Shown here piece by piece: positions 1 to 10,875 of a stretch of 64,000 nt of DNA; position 1 is the stretch's first letter, and every line of letters starts with the position of its first letter. The notes beneath the pieces are model-generated. The model was not told where the DNA came from, did no database searches, and saw only the letters and a list, made by a program, of their open reading frames with translations. The position numbers and the translations under genes were made by a program. This DNA comes from Octopus sinensis (Eukaryota), in contig NW_021833013.1 in assembly GCF_006345805.1 (NCBI RefSeq), positions 29,671 through 93,670 on the forward strand. The letters are read 5' to 3'.

Positions 1-792
1 ACCAATTCACTGACCCCCCCTCCACCTTTCTTTTGTGTTCTCTCTTGTTTTTGTGCATAGGAAAGAGGCTTTGTGTGGCAGTGACATATAGCTTGCCCAT
101 TACAGCAACTGACCAACTCTCTTACATTCTGTAACATCCTCTTCCCCTTGCACCTACCCTATTTTGTGTGTGGTGGATTCAGACTATGTGAAAAACCCTC
201 TCTTGACCACTTCACTGTTGTTCCTTCTTTACCCTTTCCACCTCTCACGTCTCTCTCTTTCTTTCTACCCCCCCCCCCGTTTTGTGTTTCCCCACTACTC
301 TCTGCTAGTCAACTGTTCCACCAACTACCCCCCCACCTCTCTCACCTTTTTCTTTCTTTCTTTCTTCTTTTCGGTTTTATTTTTAGTTTTTGTCAGATTT
401 TCTTTTATCCGACTTATTTTTGAGCTGTGTGTGTTCTGTTTTGCGTCTGTGCCTCTTCAGCCATATTTGCGGTGACTAGAATTTGAACCTGGGGTCTGCT
501 ACTTTACAGTATGCCCTGCTGGGAAGCATAGAAGGCAAGCATGCCTCTGCTAGTTGTTACAGAGAATTGGGCTTCTCAACATTGCTGCCTTAGAGACATC
601 AGTCAGCCCTTAATCCACCCTACTTGGTAGCATAGAATATTCTTTTGCCTTATTTTTTAAGGCAATAATATATTGTCTAATTTAAAAGGCAAATAATTTT
701 GCCTCATTTAAAGGGCATATTTTTCTATTTTTGCCTTACTTAAGAGGTAAATATATACATATTGTCCTATTTTAAAGGCAAGTCTATATTTT

Positions 793-1128
793 TTGCCTTA
801 TTTAAAATACAATATTTCTTTTTACCTGGTTTAAAAATCAAGAATATCTCTTTTGCCTTATTGGAAAAGCAAATACGATTTTGGTTTATCTGAAAGACAA
901 ATATATTTCTTTTTGCTTAAAACACTAGTATTTTTACCTTTTATTTAAAAGGCAATTTTTTTGCCTTATTTAAAATACAATATTTCTTTTTACCTGGTTT
1001 AAAAATCAAGAATATCTCTTTTGCCTTATTGGAAAAGCAAATATGATTTTGGTTTATCTGAAAGACAAATATATTTCTTTTTGTTTAAAATGCTAGTATT
1101 TTTACCTTTTATTTAAAAGGCAATTCTT
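793..1128. repeat. 168-bp tandem duplication in an AT-rich hairpin-motif region
   Basis: TTGCCTTATTTAAAATACAATATTTC... at 793 and 961. Confidence 0.85.
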
Positions 1129-1255
1129 TTGCCTTATTTAAAAGGTAACTGTTTTTTGCTTTTACTAAAAGCAAATATCTTTTTGTTTCTTTTAAATGGC
1201 TGGCAAATTTCTTGTCCTATTTAAAGGACAAGTATATTTGTATTGCCTTATTTAA

Positions 1256-1464
1256 CCCTTTAGTGTTCTGATTATTCAATCAAACATAATTCCCATTGAT
1301 TTGAATTAATCATGCATTATCTCATATCTTCAAGATCTTGATGGTGTAATTACTTAATGTAGAATAACATTGTAGGGTAGGTGTGAGGGCCTGGATCTGG
1401 TCAGTTTGAACATAAACCAGATTAGCTATTTTGGCCGGGTATGGCCGGTTTAAATACTAAAGGG
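1256..1464. mobile_element. piggyBac-like MITE (family 1)
   Basis: TTAA|CCCTTTAG...CTAAAGGG|TTAA; near-identical copy at 24246-24464. Confidence 0.85.
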
Positions 1465-1770
1465 TTAAGGTGTGTTTTTAGGCAACTCAATATTTCAAAA
1501 GGCAACTCAATATGTTGCCTTTGTGTCGGGAGGTGAGGGGTTAAAGTATGAAGGAAAAGGGCCAAGGAGATTCTTGTTGTAGGGAAGTTATACGGCTGCT
1601 GACATTTAGAAGAGGGGCTGAGGATGCTCAGTGGAAGCTGAAAATGGATACAAATAGTGGTAATGAGGTAGCCATTGTGGCTACTGAAGGTACAAAGTGA
1701 GTCATTGTGGACACAGGGCCCAGGTGTGTGGATTGATGAGAGTTTGTAAAGAGTGAATGGGTGGGAGCAC

Positions 1771-1927
1771 ATCGACCCCCCAGGACTTATTCTTTTTTGT
1801 AAGCCCAGTACTTATTCTATCGGCCTCTTTTTGCCGAACTGCTAAGTGACGGGGACGTAAACACACCAGCATCGGTTGTCAAGCAATGTCGAGGAGGACA
1901 AACACAGACACACAAACACACTCACGC

Positions 1928-1958
<31 letters not shown>

Positions 1959-2320
1959 TATATACGACGGGCTTCTTTCAGTTTCCGTCTACCAAATCCA
2001 CTCACAAGGCATTGGTCGGCCCGAGGCTATAGTAGAAGACACTTGCCCAAGGTGCCACGCAGTGGGACTGAACCCGTAACCATGTAGTTCGTAAGCAAGC
2101 TACTTACCACACAGCCACTCCTGCGCCTATATATATATATATATATATATATACGACGGGCTTCTTTCAGTTTCCGTCTACCAAATCCACTCACAAGGCA
2201 TTGGTCGGCCCGAGGCTATAGTAGAAGACACTTGCCCAAGGTGCCACGCAGTGGGACTGAACCCGCAACCATGTAGTTCGTAAGCAAGCTACTTACCACA
2301 CAGCCACTCCTGCGCCTATA
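1771..2320 (-). mobile_element. CORE-type SINE (family B) with a local 189-bp duplication of the head half
   Basis: tRNA-like head and ACCTTGGGCAAGTG core on - strand; both halves share the variant ACCATGTAGTTCGTAAGC. Confidence 0.85.
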
Positions 2321-2586
2321 TTCATTCACAATGCTTTGGTCGATCTGGGACTATAGTAGAAGACACTTGCCCAAGCGCCATGCTGTGGAACTGAACCCAG
2401 AACCATGTAATTGGGTAGCAAACTCCTTAGCGCATGGCCATGCCTCTGTCTCACTCATGCTTGCACACACACACACACACACACACACACAATGGTGAAG
2501 AAGTTCTTGTGGTTCAGAGTTTCTTTCCATTGAGTGGACACAAATTGACCAAAGCCTTATGGAGGAAGTCCAGTTGAAAGGATACT

Positions 2587-2818
2587 TATTTCTTTACTGC
2601 CCACAAGGGGCTAAACACAGAGGGGGCAAACAAGGACAGACATAGGTATTAAGTCGATTAATTCGACCCCAGTGCGTAACTGGTACTTAATTTATCGACC
2701 CCGAAAGGATGAAAGGCAAATCGACCCCGGCGGAATTTGAACTCAGAACGTAGCGGCAGATGAAATACCGCTAAGCATTTCGCCCGGCGTGCTAACGGTT
2801 CTGCCAGCTTGCCGCCTT
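2587..2818 (-). mobile_element. SINE family A (~230 bp); other copies at 11656-11888(-), 19683-19913, 20285-20478, ~22620-22990(-), 29254-29478, 31550-31782
   Basis: Consensus AGGCGGCGAGCTGGCAGAAACGTTAGC...GAGTTCAAATTCCGCC...TAAAGAAATAGG; 18-bp TSD TCCAGTTGAAAGGATACT. Confidence 0.9.
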
Positions 2819-3392
2819 TCCAGTTGAAAGGATACTGGAAGAAACTTCACACATATACACACGCAGAAGTGTGTGTTTTAAAATTTGTATGGATTTTTAC
2901 AAAGTATTTGTACATTGTTTTTTATCACTTCTGTTTTTGGTTAACTCTTCTGCTTGGTCGCACCTCAATGATTTTTGTTTGTTTTTAATTTAAATTTATT
3001 TTATTTAATCCTTTTGTTTTGAAAACAGTTTTATTTTGTTTCTTTTTATTATTTGCTTACTTTAAAACTTTTACCTAACGAGTATTTTATACATTGTGTG
3101 TGTGTGTGTGTGCGTGTGTGTAGAAATACATAGTGTGGATGGAATCAAGAACGTCAAGACTCTGTTGCTGGGTAATCTGCAATTCCAATAGCTTACAAGG
3201 GATTCTATGAACGGTAAAACATTGTTGCAGAAAATAACTACAAACGTTTCAGTTATAATCTTTCTTTTGATGCAAGCAAAAGGCACTTCTTCAGGTTGTG
3301 CAAGTGTCATGCAATATGATATGATGACAAGTTGAGCAATATATTGATTCCTAGTAAATAACAGCATTCTTTATGAATTTGATATAGCCTAA

Positions 3393-3453
<61 letters not shown>

Positions 3454-3674
3454 GGGAGAGTTCGCAAAAAAAAAGAGCAAAAGATGATGACAGGTGGTGT
3501 ACAAACAAACAAATGTATTAGTATAACGCTCAGGAATAGAAAAAGTCTTTTACATTTCGAGCCTATGCTCTTCTACAGAAAGGGACACAGAAAGAAACAA
3601 GGAGAGAAAAAAAATGTGTGTAGTGGCTACTGATCTATCATGGCGACTGTATATATATATATATATATATACAC

Positions 3675-4020
3675 GTGAAGGCGCATGGCTCAGCGGTTAG
3701 GGCGTCGAGCTTACGATCGTGAGGTTGTGAGCTCGAATCCCGGACCGGGCTGCGTGTTGTGTTCTTGAGCAAGACACTTTATTTCACGTTGCTCCAGTTC
3801 ACTCAGCCTTAGAAATGAGTTGCAGTGTCACAGGTGGCAAGCTGTATCGGCCCCTTTGCCTTTCCCTTGGATAACACTGGTGGTGTAGAGTGGGGAGGCC
3901 GGTATGCATTGGCGACTGCTGGTCTTCCATAAACAACCTTGACCGGACTTGTGTCTAGGAGGGTAACTTTCTAGGTGCAATCCCATGGTCATTCATGACC
4001 GAAGGGGGTCTTTACCCCTT
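3675..4020 (+). mobile_element. tRNA-derived SINE (family D); related copies on - at ~32000-32340 and ~40583-40705
   Basis: A box TGGCTCAGCGGTTAGG, B-box-like GCTCGAATCCC; shared tail GGTGCAATCCCATGGTCATTCATGACCGAAGGG. Confidence 0.8.
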
Positions 4021-4303
4021 TATATATACACACACAAACATATATGCATAAACACATATACATACTTTGACAGACACAAAAGTTTGGTGCGAGCTCCTGC
4101 CTGGCCAGCTCCTGTTGAACTGTCATCAGACTGGAATTTTGTGAAATTAAAGCTGCGTTTATTTTACCCAGCTATCTGTGTTTTCTCTTTCTGTCTGTCT
4201 GTCTGTCTCTGTCTTAATATTTGTTTGTGTGTGTTTGTGTGTGTGTGTGTATGTGTGTGTGTGTTTGGCCTCTCTAAATTTTTGTCATTCGTTGCATTGT
4301 CAG

Positions 4304-4387
4304 GGTCAGTGAGGTCACAGAGTCTGGAGGAGAAGAGGAGTCATAGTCTGGAAGACAGGGACAAATATCCATCCCCTGGATCTACAA
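4304..4387 (+). CDS. Internal coding exon (phase 1-1, 84 bp) of an unidentified spliced gene
   Basis: Acceptor ttgtcAG|, donor |GTAAGT at 4388; open frame GSVRSQSLEEKRSHSLEDRDKYPSPGST; phase joins exon 6887. Confidence 0.75.
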
Positions 4388-4495
4388 GTAAGTCACCACC
4401 ACCACCACCACCACCTTCGCTATGGTCATCTCATCATCCTCTCACTACCACCACAACCACCTCCAACACTTTATTGTTTAGCTATCCGTTCAAGC

Positions 4496-5042
4496 CAGTG
4501 GTTTTCAACCAGGGTTCGGCGGAACCTTAGGGTTCCGCCAGTACAGTCCAGGGGTTCCGCAAGAAGTTACAAAACTGCTAAAATCGGCAGTAATTTTTAA
4601 TTCTCCTGTGCAGATATGTGTGCATAAGACTATTAAATTATTGCACAGGGGTTCCTCGAGCCAGTGGAATGTTTCCTTGGGGTTCCGCTCCAGCAAAAAG
4701 TTTGAAAAGCACTGATATATATATATTGTATAGTGTTTTAAATATACACATGTTTATATATATATATATATATATAAATAAAATGTGCAATATATGGCTT
4801 CATCGAATCCTGTAGAGACTTCTTTTGTCATATATATATATCAGTGATTTTCAACCAGGGTTCCGCCAGTACAGTCCAGGGGTTCCGCAAAAAGTTACAA
4901 AACTGCTAAAATCGGCAGTAATTTTTAAGTCTCCTGTGCAGATATGTGTGCATAAGACTATTAAATTATTGCCCAGGGGTTCCTCGAGCCAGTGGAATGT
5001 TTCCTTGGGGTTCCGCTCCAGCAAAAAAGTTGAAAAGCACTG
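4496..5042. mobile_element. Composite of two hAT-like MITE copies (4496-4714, 4842-5042)
   Basis: CAGTG(G/A)TTTTCAAC...TTGAAAAGCACTG ends; 8-bp TSD GTTCAAGC at 4488-4495 and 5043-5050. Confidence 0.85.
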
Positions 5043-5228
5043 GTTCAAGCATCTCTTTTAGGGTATCATCTTTAGGCATGCATGCAGGGTGCAGGGGATA
5101 AACTGTCGTTTAAATTATGCAAAAACGAAGCATCAAGCTCAAGAACACAACATGCCACCCCATCAGGGAATTGAACCTACGATTTAGTGATCACGAGTGC
5201 AACAGCCTAACCATTAGGCCACGTGCCT

Positions 5229-6286
5229 GGATCTTTTCCTTTTGAACGGCACTTTGTAACATAATTTCTAGGTAACTAAAAAGTTTTAAACTTCGTATAC
5301 TGGTAGAATATGTTTATAAAACATATTTTTCTCTTGGTTTTATTGAGAAAATTCTATAGATTGTAAGATATTTGTTGTTTTTTTTTGTTCAATTTCTGCA
5401 ATTTCAACCAATCACTGACATTTATTGAAGTAAAAAACATTCTGTGCCGTATGAATATGTCCCTCATTTAAGAAAGAGATTGGGTTTATTTACATTTGTG
5501 AAGAAAAAAAGATACCCTTCTCCCACCCCTAACCCTAACCAACCCTAACCCTAAAATAGATTGAAATGCAATAGATCGATACTAGGGTTATAATTATGGG
5601 TGACAATTTCATATGACACCACAAGAAAAAATCCCATTTTCCATAGCGGTGTCATATGAAATTGTCACCCATAATTATAACCCTAGTATCGATCTATTGC
5701 ATTTCAATCTATTTTAGATTTAGGGTTAGGGGTGGGGGAAGGGTATCTTTTTTACTTCGCAAATGTAAATAAACCCAATCTGTTTCATAAACGAGGGACA
5801 TATTCATACGGCACAGAATATTTTTTTACCTCAATAGACGTGAGTGATTGGTTGAAATTGCCGAAATGCTTGAAATTAAAGACGAAATATCTTACAAACT
5901 ATAGAATTTTCTCAATAAAGCCAAGAGGAAAAGATGTTTTATGTAACACATTCTACCAGTATACGAAGTTTAAAATTTTTTAGTTACGTAGAAATTATGT
6001 TAAAAACTGCCGTTCAAACAGAAAAGATCCCCAATCTGTTTCTTAAACGAGGGACATATTCATACGGCACAGAATATTTTTTTACCTCAATAGACATGAG
6101 TGATTGGTTAAAATTGCTGAAATGCAAGAAATTAAAGACGAAATATCTTACAAACTATAGAATTTTCTCAATAAAACCAAGAGAAAAAGATGTTTTATGT
6201 AACACATTCTACCAGTATACGAAGTTTAAAATTTTTTAGTTACCTAGAAATTATGTTAAAAACTGCCGTTCAAAAGGAAAAGATCC
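5229..6286. mobile_element. Fold-back/MITE structure with ~390-bp inverted arms, internal telomere-like repeats and a 256-bp tandem duplication
   Basis: Arms 5229-5620 and 5648-6030; termini GGATCTTTTCCTTTTGAACGGCA / TGCCGTTCAAAAGGAAAAGATCC; 5775-6030 repeated at 6031-6286; CCCTAA x4 near 5527-5554. Confidence 0.75.
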
Positions 6287-6544
6287 ACGTGTCTTCATCA
6301 GAGAGAGAGAGGGAATCTATAGACTGTTGATAAGGACTTTTCAAATTCAGTTGCCAAGATACACCTCCAGCTTCATACCCATCGTTATTGGACCAACAGG
6401 ATACATACCGACCCGTCTGGAGCAAAGTATGGCTGAATTTGGGATCTTGGGAAGAGAACACAAATCCTTAATATGCTACAAATGGTGGTGCTCCAGCATG
6501 GCCGCAGTCAAATGACTGAAACAAGTAAAAGAGTATATATATAT

Positions 6545-6668
6545 ATTTTATAGAAGGAGCTTCTACAGGACTAGAACTGTTTCATTCAAAAGAAATCATC
6601 AGGAAGCTTCCTGATGATTTCATTTGAATGAAACAGTTCTAGTCCTGTAGAAGCTCCTTCTATAAAAT
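6545..6668. repeat. 124-bp spacerless palindrome
   Basis: 62-bp arms centred on AAG|CTT with one mismatch (6591/6622). Confidence 0.95.
6611..6656 (+). ncRNA. Hammerhead core (CTGATGA...GAAAC...GTC), mirrored on the - strand at 6557-6602
   Basis: CTGATGA t TTC attt GAA t GAAA c agttcta GTC. Core-proximal stem I pairs are missing, so it is probably inactive as it stands. Confidence 0.5.
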
Positions 6669-6886
6669 AAATTAATTACTCTGCTATGTATTGAGTACCT
6701 TATTTACTGTGGTTAACCCCGACTCAACCCGGGACCTACATATATATATATATATATATATATGTGTGTATCTATTTATTAGGTCTGTATGTATGTCTAT
6801 ACACACACACACACACAACATATTTACTGTGACCTTCTTTGATTAATCTCTTTCCTTCTCTCTCTCTCTCTCTCTCTCTCTTCCAG

Positions 6887-6994
6887 CTTGTCACATTGAT
6901 CGTCATTACTTGACCGTCCAGCTTCCTGTGGCCGACTACAAACACAGATGGTCGGTATCATCTATGTTTGCTGTAAAAGCTGACCAAGTTCCTG
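6887..6994 (+). CDS. Internal coding exon (phase 1-1, 108 bp), same gene
   Basis: (CT)n polypyrimidine tract + ttccAG|, donor |GTAAGT; joined frame (T)CHIDRHYLTVQLPVADYKHRWSVSSMFAVKADQVP with no stop. Confidence 0.8.
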
Positions 6995-7159
6995 GTAAGT
7001 ACACCGAGTACACATGCATGTGCACACGCTCACCTCGGTAGTTTGGAGTTGGGTGACCGTGTGCAGTTGCAACTGTAGTTTGCAAGGTGTCTCTAAGTAA
7101 ATCATACTCTGTGTGTGTGTGTGGGTGCACGTAGGATGCAGATTGTGTGTGTATATCAA

Positions 7160-7760
7160 GATGGCAAGCTGGCAGAATCGTTAGCATGCCAGGCGAAATG
7201 CGTAGCCGTATTTCGTCTGCCGCTACGTTCTGAGTTCAAATTCCGCCGAGGTCGACTTTGCTTTTCATCCTTTCGGGGTCGATAAATGAAGTACCAGTTA
7301 CGCACTGGGGTCGATGTAATCGATTTAACCCCTTTGTCTGTCCTTGTTTGTCCCCTCAGTGTTTAACCCCTTGTGGGTAGTAAAGAAATAGGTATTTCGT
7401 CTGCCGCCACATTCTGAGTTCAAATTCCACCGAGGTCGACTTTGCCTTTCATCCTTTCGGGGTCGATAAATTAAGTACCAGTTACGCACTGGGGTCGATG
7501 TAATCGATTTAACCCCTTTGTCTGTCCTTGTTTGTCCCCTCAGTGTTTAGCCCCTTGTGGGTAGTAAAGAAATAGATATTTCGTCTGCCGCTACGTTCTG
7601 AGTTCAAATTCCGCCGAGGTCGACTTTGCCTTTCATCCTTTCGGGGTCGATAAATTAAGTACCAGTTACGCACTGGGGTCGATATAATTGACTTAATCCG
7701 TTTGTCTGTCCTTGTTGTCCCCTCAGTGTTTAGTCCCTTGTGGGTAATAAAGAAATAGGT
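7160..7760 (+). mobile_element. Head-to-tail trimer of SINE family A
   Basis: One full copy followed by two ~184-bp units that each restart at TATTTCGTCTGCC. Confidence 0.85.
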
Positions 7761-8294
7761 AATGTTCTTTTGTGTAATTTGTGGTGTGTCTCTGTGAGGT
7801 AAGTTTGTGTAGCGTATGTATGTGTGTAGCTAATAGTATGTAGCTGTGTGTGTCTGTGTGTAGCTTCAGCTACATGCTTGTAGTTTAAGGTGTGCATGTG
7901 TGTGTGTGTTTATGTCCTTGTAACTTAGCGAGTCATCAAGAGACTGATAGGCTTAAAAAAAAAAATTAAGTACTCGAGTCAATTCATTTATGCGGTGCCC
8001 CAGCATGGCCACAGTCTAATGACTGAAACAAGTAAAGGATAAAAGGTACAGAAGTTTCCCTTGACATCTTGTCCTAAACTCCTCCCTTATAGCCTGGAGA
8101 ATAATAATAAACATTTCTAGGGCTGAGATGTGAGCCTGGTAAACAGGTGTCCCTTAATTGAACTCACTGTTAAATCTCACATTTCCTCTTAGGCTCACAC
8201 CACTCTCCAAACTCATCCATTGACCCCTAATTTTCTGAGTGGCCACCAGACCACAGAACTTGAGTTCAGAGGAAGAGGGCACAAGTAGTAAGTA

Positions 8295-9055
8295 CCCTGT
8301 ACCCATCAATAGTATCCCATCTTCACTGATAGTACCCTGTCCTCATCAGTAGTACCTTGACCTCATCAGTAGTACCCTGTCCTCATCAGTTGTGCCCTGC
8401 CCTCATCAGTAGTACCCTGTCCTCATCAGTTGTGCCCTGCCCTCATCAGTAGTCCCCTGCCCTCATCAGTAGTACCCAGTTACCCTGTTCTTGTCAATAG
8501 TACTGTCTTCACTAGTTGTACCCTGTCCTCATCAATCGTACCCTGTCCTCATCAATCGTACCCTGACCTCATCAATAGTACCCTATCCTTGTCAATAGTA
8601 CCCTGACCTCATCAATAGTACCCTATCCTTGTCAATAGTACCCTGTCCTCATCAATAGTACCCTATCCTAGTCAATAGTACCCTGACCTCGTCAATAGTA
8701 CCCTATCCTTGTCAATAGTACCCTGACCTCATCAATAGTACCCTATCCTTGTCAATAGTACCCTGACCTCATCAATAGTACCCTATCCTAGTCAATAGTA
8801 CCCTGACCTCGTCAATAGTACCCTATCCTTGTCAATAGTACCCTGTCCTCATCAATAGTACCCTATCCTTGTCAATAGTACCCTATCCTCATCAATAGTA
8901 CCCTGTCCTCGTCAATAGTACCCTGTCCTCATCAATAGTACCCTATCCTTGTTAATAGTACCCTCTCCTCATCAATAGTACCCTATCCTAGTCAATGGTA
9001 CCCTGACCTCGTCAATAGTACCCTATCCTAGTCAATAGTACCTTGTCCTCATCAG
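8295..9055. repeat. ~20-bp minisatellite with 40-bp dimer substructure
   Basis: Unit AGTACCCT(G/A)(T/A)CCT(C/T)(A/G)TCAAT; alternating GACCTCATCAAT / ATCCTTGTCAAT variants at ~8560-8830. Confidence 0.95.
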
Positions 9056-9142
9056 CCGTATGCATGTCTATGAGTGTATGCTGTCATCACCATCATTGTC
9101 ATCATCCCCATTTTCTTCCCTCCATACATCCCGTGCTTGCAG

Positions 9143-9216
9143 AAGTTGAACAGGTCTTACTCAGACACAGCATCCTCGTCTCCGTTTCAGCCTTTTGTCA
9201 TCTGGATTTTTGCTGA
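9143..9216 (+). CDS. Candidate alternative/terminal exon
   Basis: Acceptor cttgcAG| at 9142; the phase-1 frame reads EVEQVLLRHSILVSVSAFCHLDFC then TGA at 9214-9216. No good donor nearby; another frame is also open, so this is uncertain. Confidence 0.35.
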
Positions 9217-9254
9217 TCCATCTCCCCAAATCACTTATCATGTCTTCCTCCACC

Positions 9255-9770
9255 ACCTTCAGTCTCTTCCCCTCTCTCTCTCTCTGTCTTCTGTCTCTCT
9301 CTTCCTCTCTCTCTTTCTCTCTTTCTCTGTCTGTCTGTCTCTCTCTTCCTTTCTCTCTCTCCTCCCCTCTCTCTCTCCCTCTCTCTTTTTCTCTGTCTCT
9401 CTCTTCCTCTCTATCTCTCTTCTTCTCTCTCTCTCTCCTCTCTTCCTCTCTCTCTCTTCTTCTCTCTCTGTCTTCCTCTCTATCTCTCTTCTCTCTCTCT
9501 TCCTCTCTATCTCTCTCTCTTCCTCTCTATCTCTCTTCTTCTCTCTCTCTTCCTCTCTCTCTCTCTTCCTTTCTCTCTCTTCCTCTCACCCTCTTCCTTC
9601 CTCTCTCTCTTTCTTCCTCTCTCTCTCTTTCTTCCTCTCTCTCTCTTCATCCTTCTCTCTCTCTGTCTGTCTCTCTCTTTCTTCCTCTCTCTCCCTTCTT
9701 CCCTCTTTCTTTCTTTCTCTCTCTCTCTCTCTCCATCTCTCTCTCTCTTCCTCTTCTCTCTCTCTCTCCT
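9255..9770. repeat. (CT)n/CTT low-complexity tract
   Basis: Direct inspection. Confidence 0.95.
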
Positions 9771-10039
9771 CAGTTTACTCTGACCCTCCAGGGACTCCCT
9801 TTTACCCTACTTTCACCCTTCATTCGCATCACATGCCCCTTCACCACTTGCTTCTCTTCCTCCTTGTTCCGTTTTGCTCTCATCTTCTTCCTCCTGCTCC
9901 TCCTCCTCCACCACCCATGCACCCTGATGATGCCACAAGCACGTCCACCTCATTTTCGCCACCAAACTGCACATTCTCTGCACACTTACTGCACTATTAT
10001 CAAGCCGCATTACCTCCATTATTTACGGTGTCTGCATGT

Positions 10040-10500
10040 GTGAGTAAACATGTCTGTGTGCAAGCGCATGTGCTTGCTGCATGTCTAAATGCATATGCAC
10101 GTGATGGCATGCGTATGTGTGCACGTGGTTGCGTCTGTGCCCATGCTTGTATGTATGCATGTGTGCATGCATATGTGGTTGTGTGCATGTCTGTGAATGT
10201 GATTGCGCATGCATAGAATCTGCTTGTGCGCATGCACACACGTGAGCTTGTTTGTGCACATGTGGTTGTGTGCATACCTGCGCATGTGCATGCTTGCACG
10301 TGTGCTTGTGTGTGTGTGTGTGCACATGCTTCTGTGTATGCATGTGTGCATGTAGTTGTGTGCATGCATGCACTTGTGCTCGTGTGTGCACGTGCATATG
10401 TGTGCATGTGGTTGTATGCACATGTGGTTGTGTTCATGTATGCACGTGCATATGTGTGCATGTGGTTGTATGCACATGTGGTTGTGTTCATGTATGCACA
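10040..10500. repeat. TGCA/TG low-complexity repeat with a ~54-bp tandem duplication
   Basis: GTGCATATGTGTGCATGTGGTTGTATGCACATGTGGTTGTGTTCATGTATGCAC occurs twice. Confidence 0.85.
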
Positions 10501-10875
10501 TTGTTTGACAACCGATGCTGGTGTGTTTATGTCCCCGTAACCTAGCGGTTCGGCAAAAGATACCGATAGAACAAGTACTGGGTTTACAAAAAGAATAAGT
10601 CCCCGGGGTCCTTTTGTTCGACTAAAAAGGCGGTGCTCCAGCATGGCCACAGTCAAATGACTGAAACAAGTAAAAGAGTATACGTATGTGCATCTACGAA
10701 TGTGTGTATGTGTGTCTGCATACATGGGTGTATGTATTTGCCTGCATGCATCTATGCGCATGTGCATGGATGTGTAAGTAAGAATGTTTGTAATACTGAC
10801 ATCCAGCATGTGTGTGCGTGTCTGTGTGTGATGTGCATACATGTATGTTTAGATGTGTGTATATATCTTTGACGG

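Noticed and set aside
5527-5554. Telomere or interstitial telomeric site
   Set aside because: Only four hexamers, mirrored inside a transposon arm.
5732-6239. Two similar short ORFs suggesting a duplicated gene
   Set aside because: They are the duplicated MITE arm; no coding signal.
8295-9055. CRISPR-like array
   Set aside because: Contiguous 20-bp minisatellite without unique spacers.
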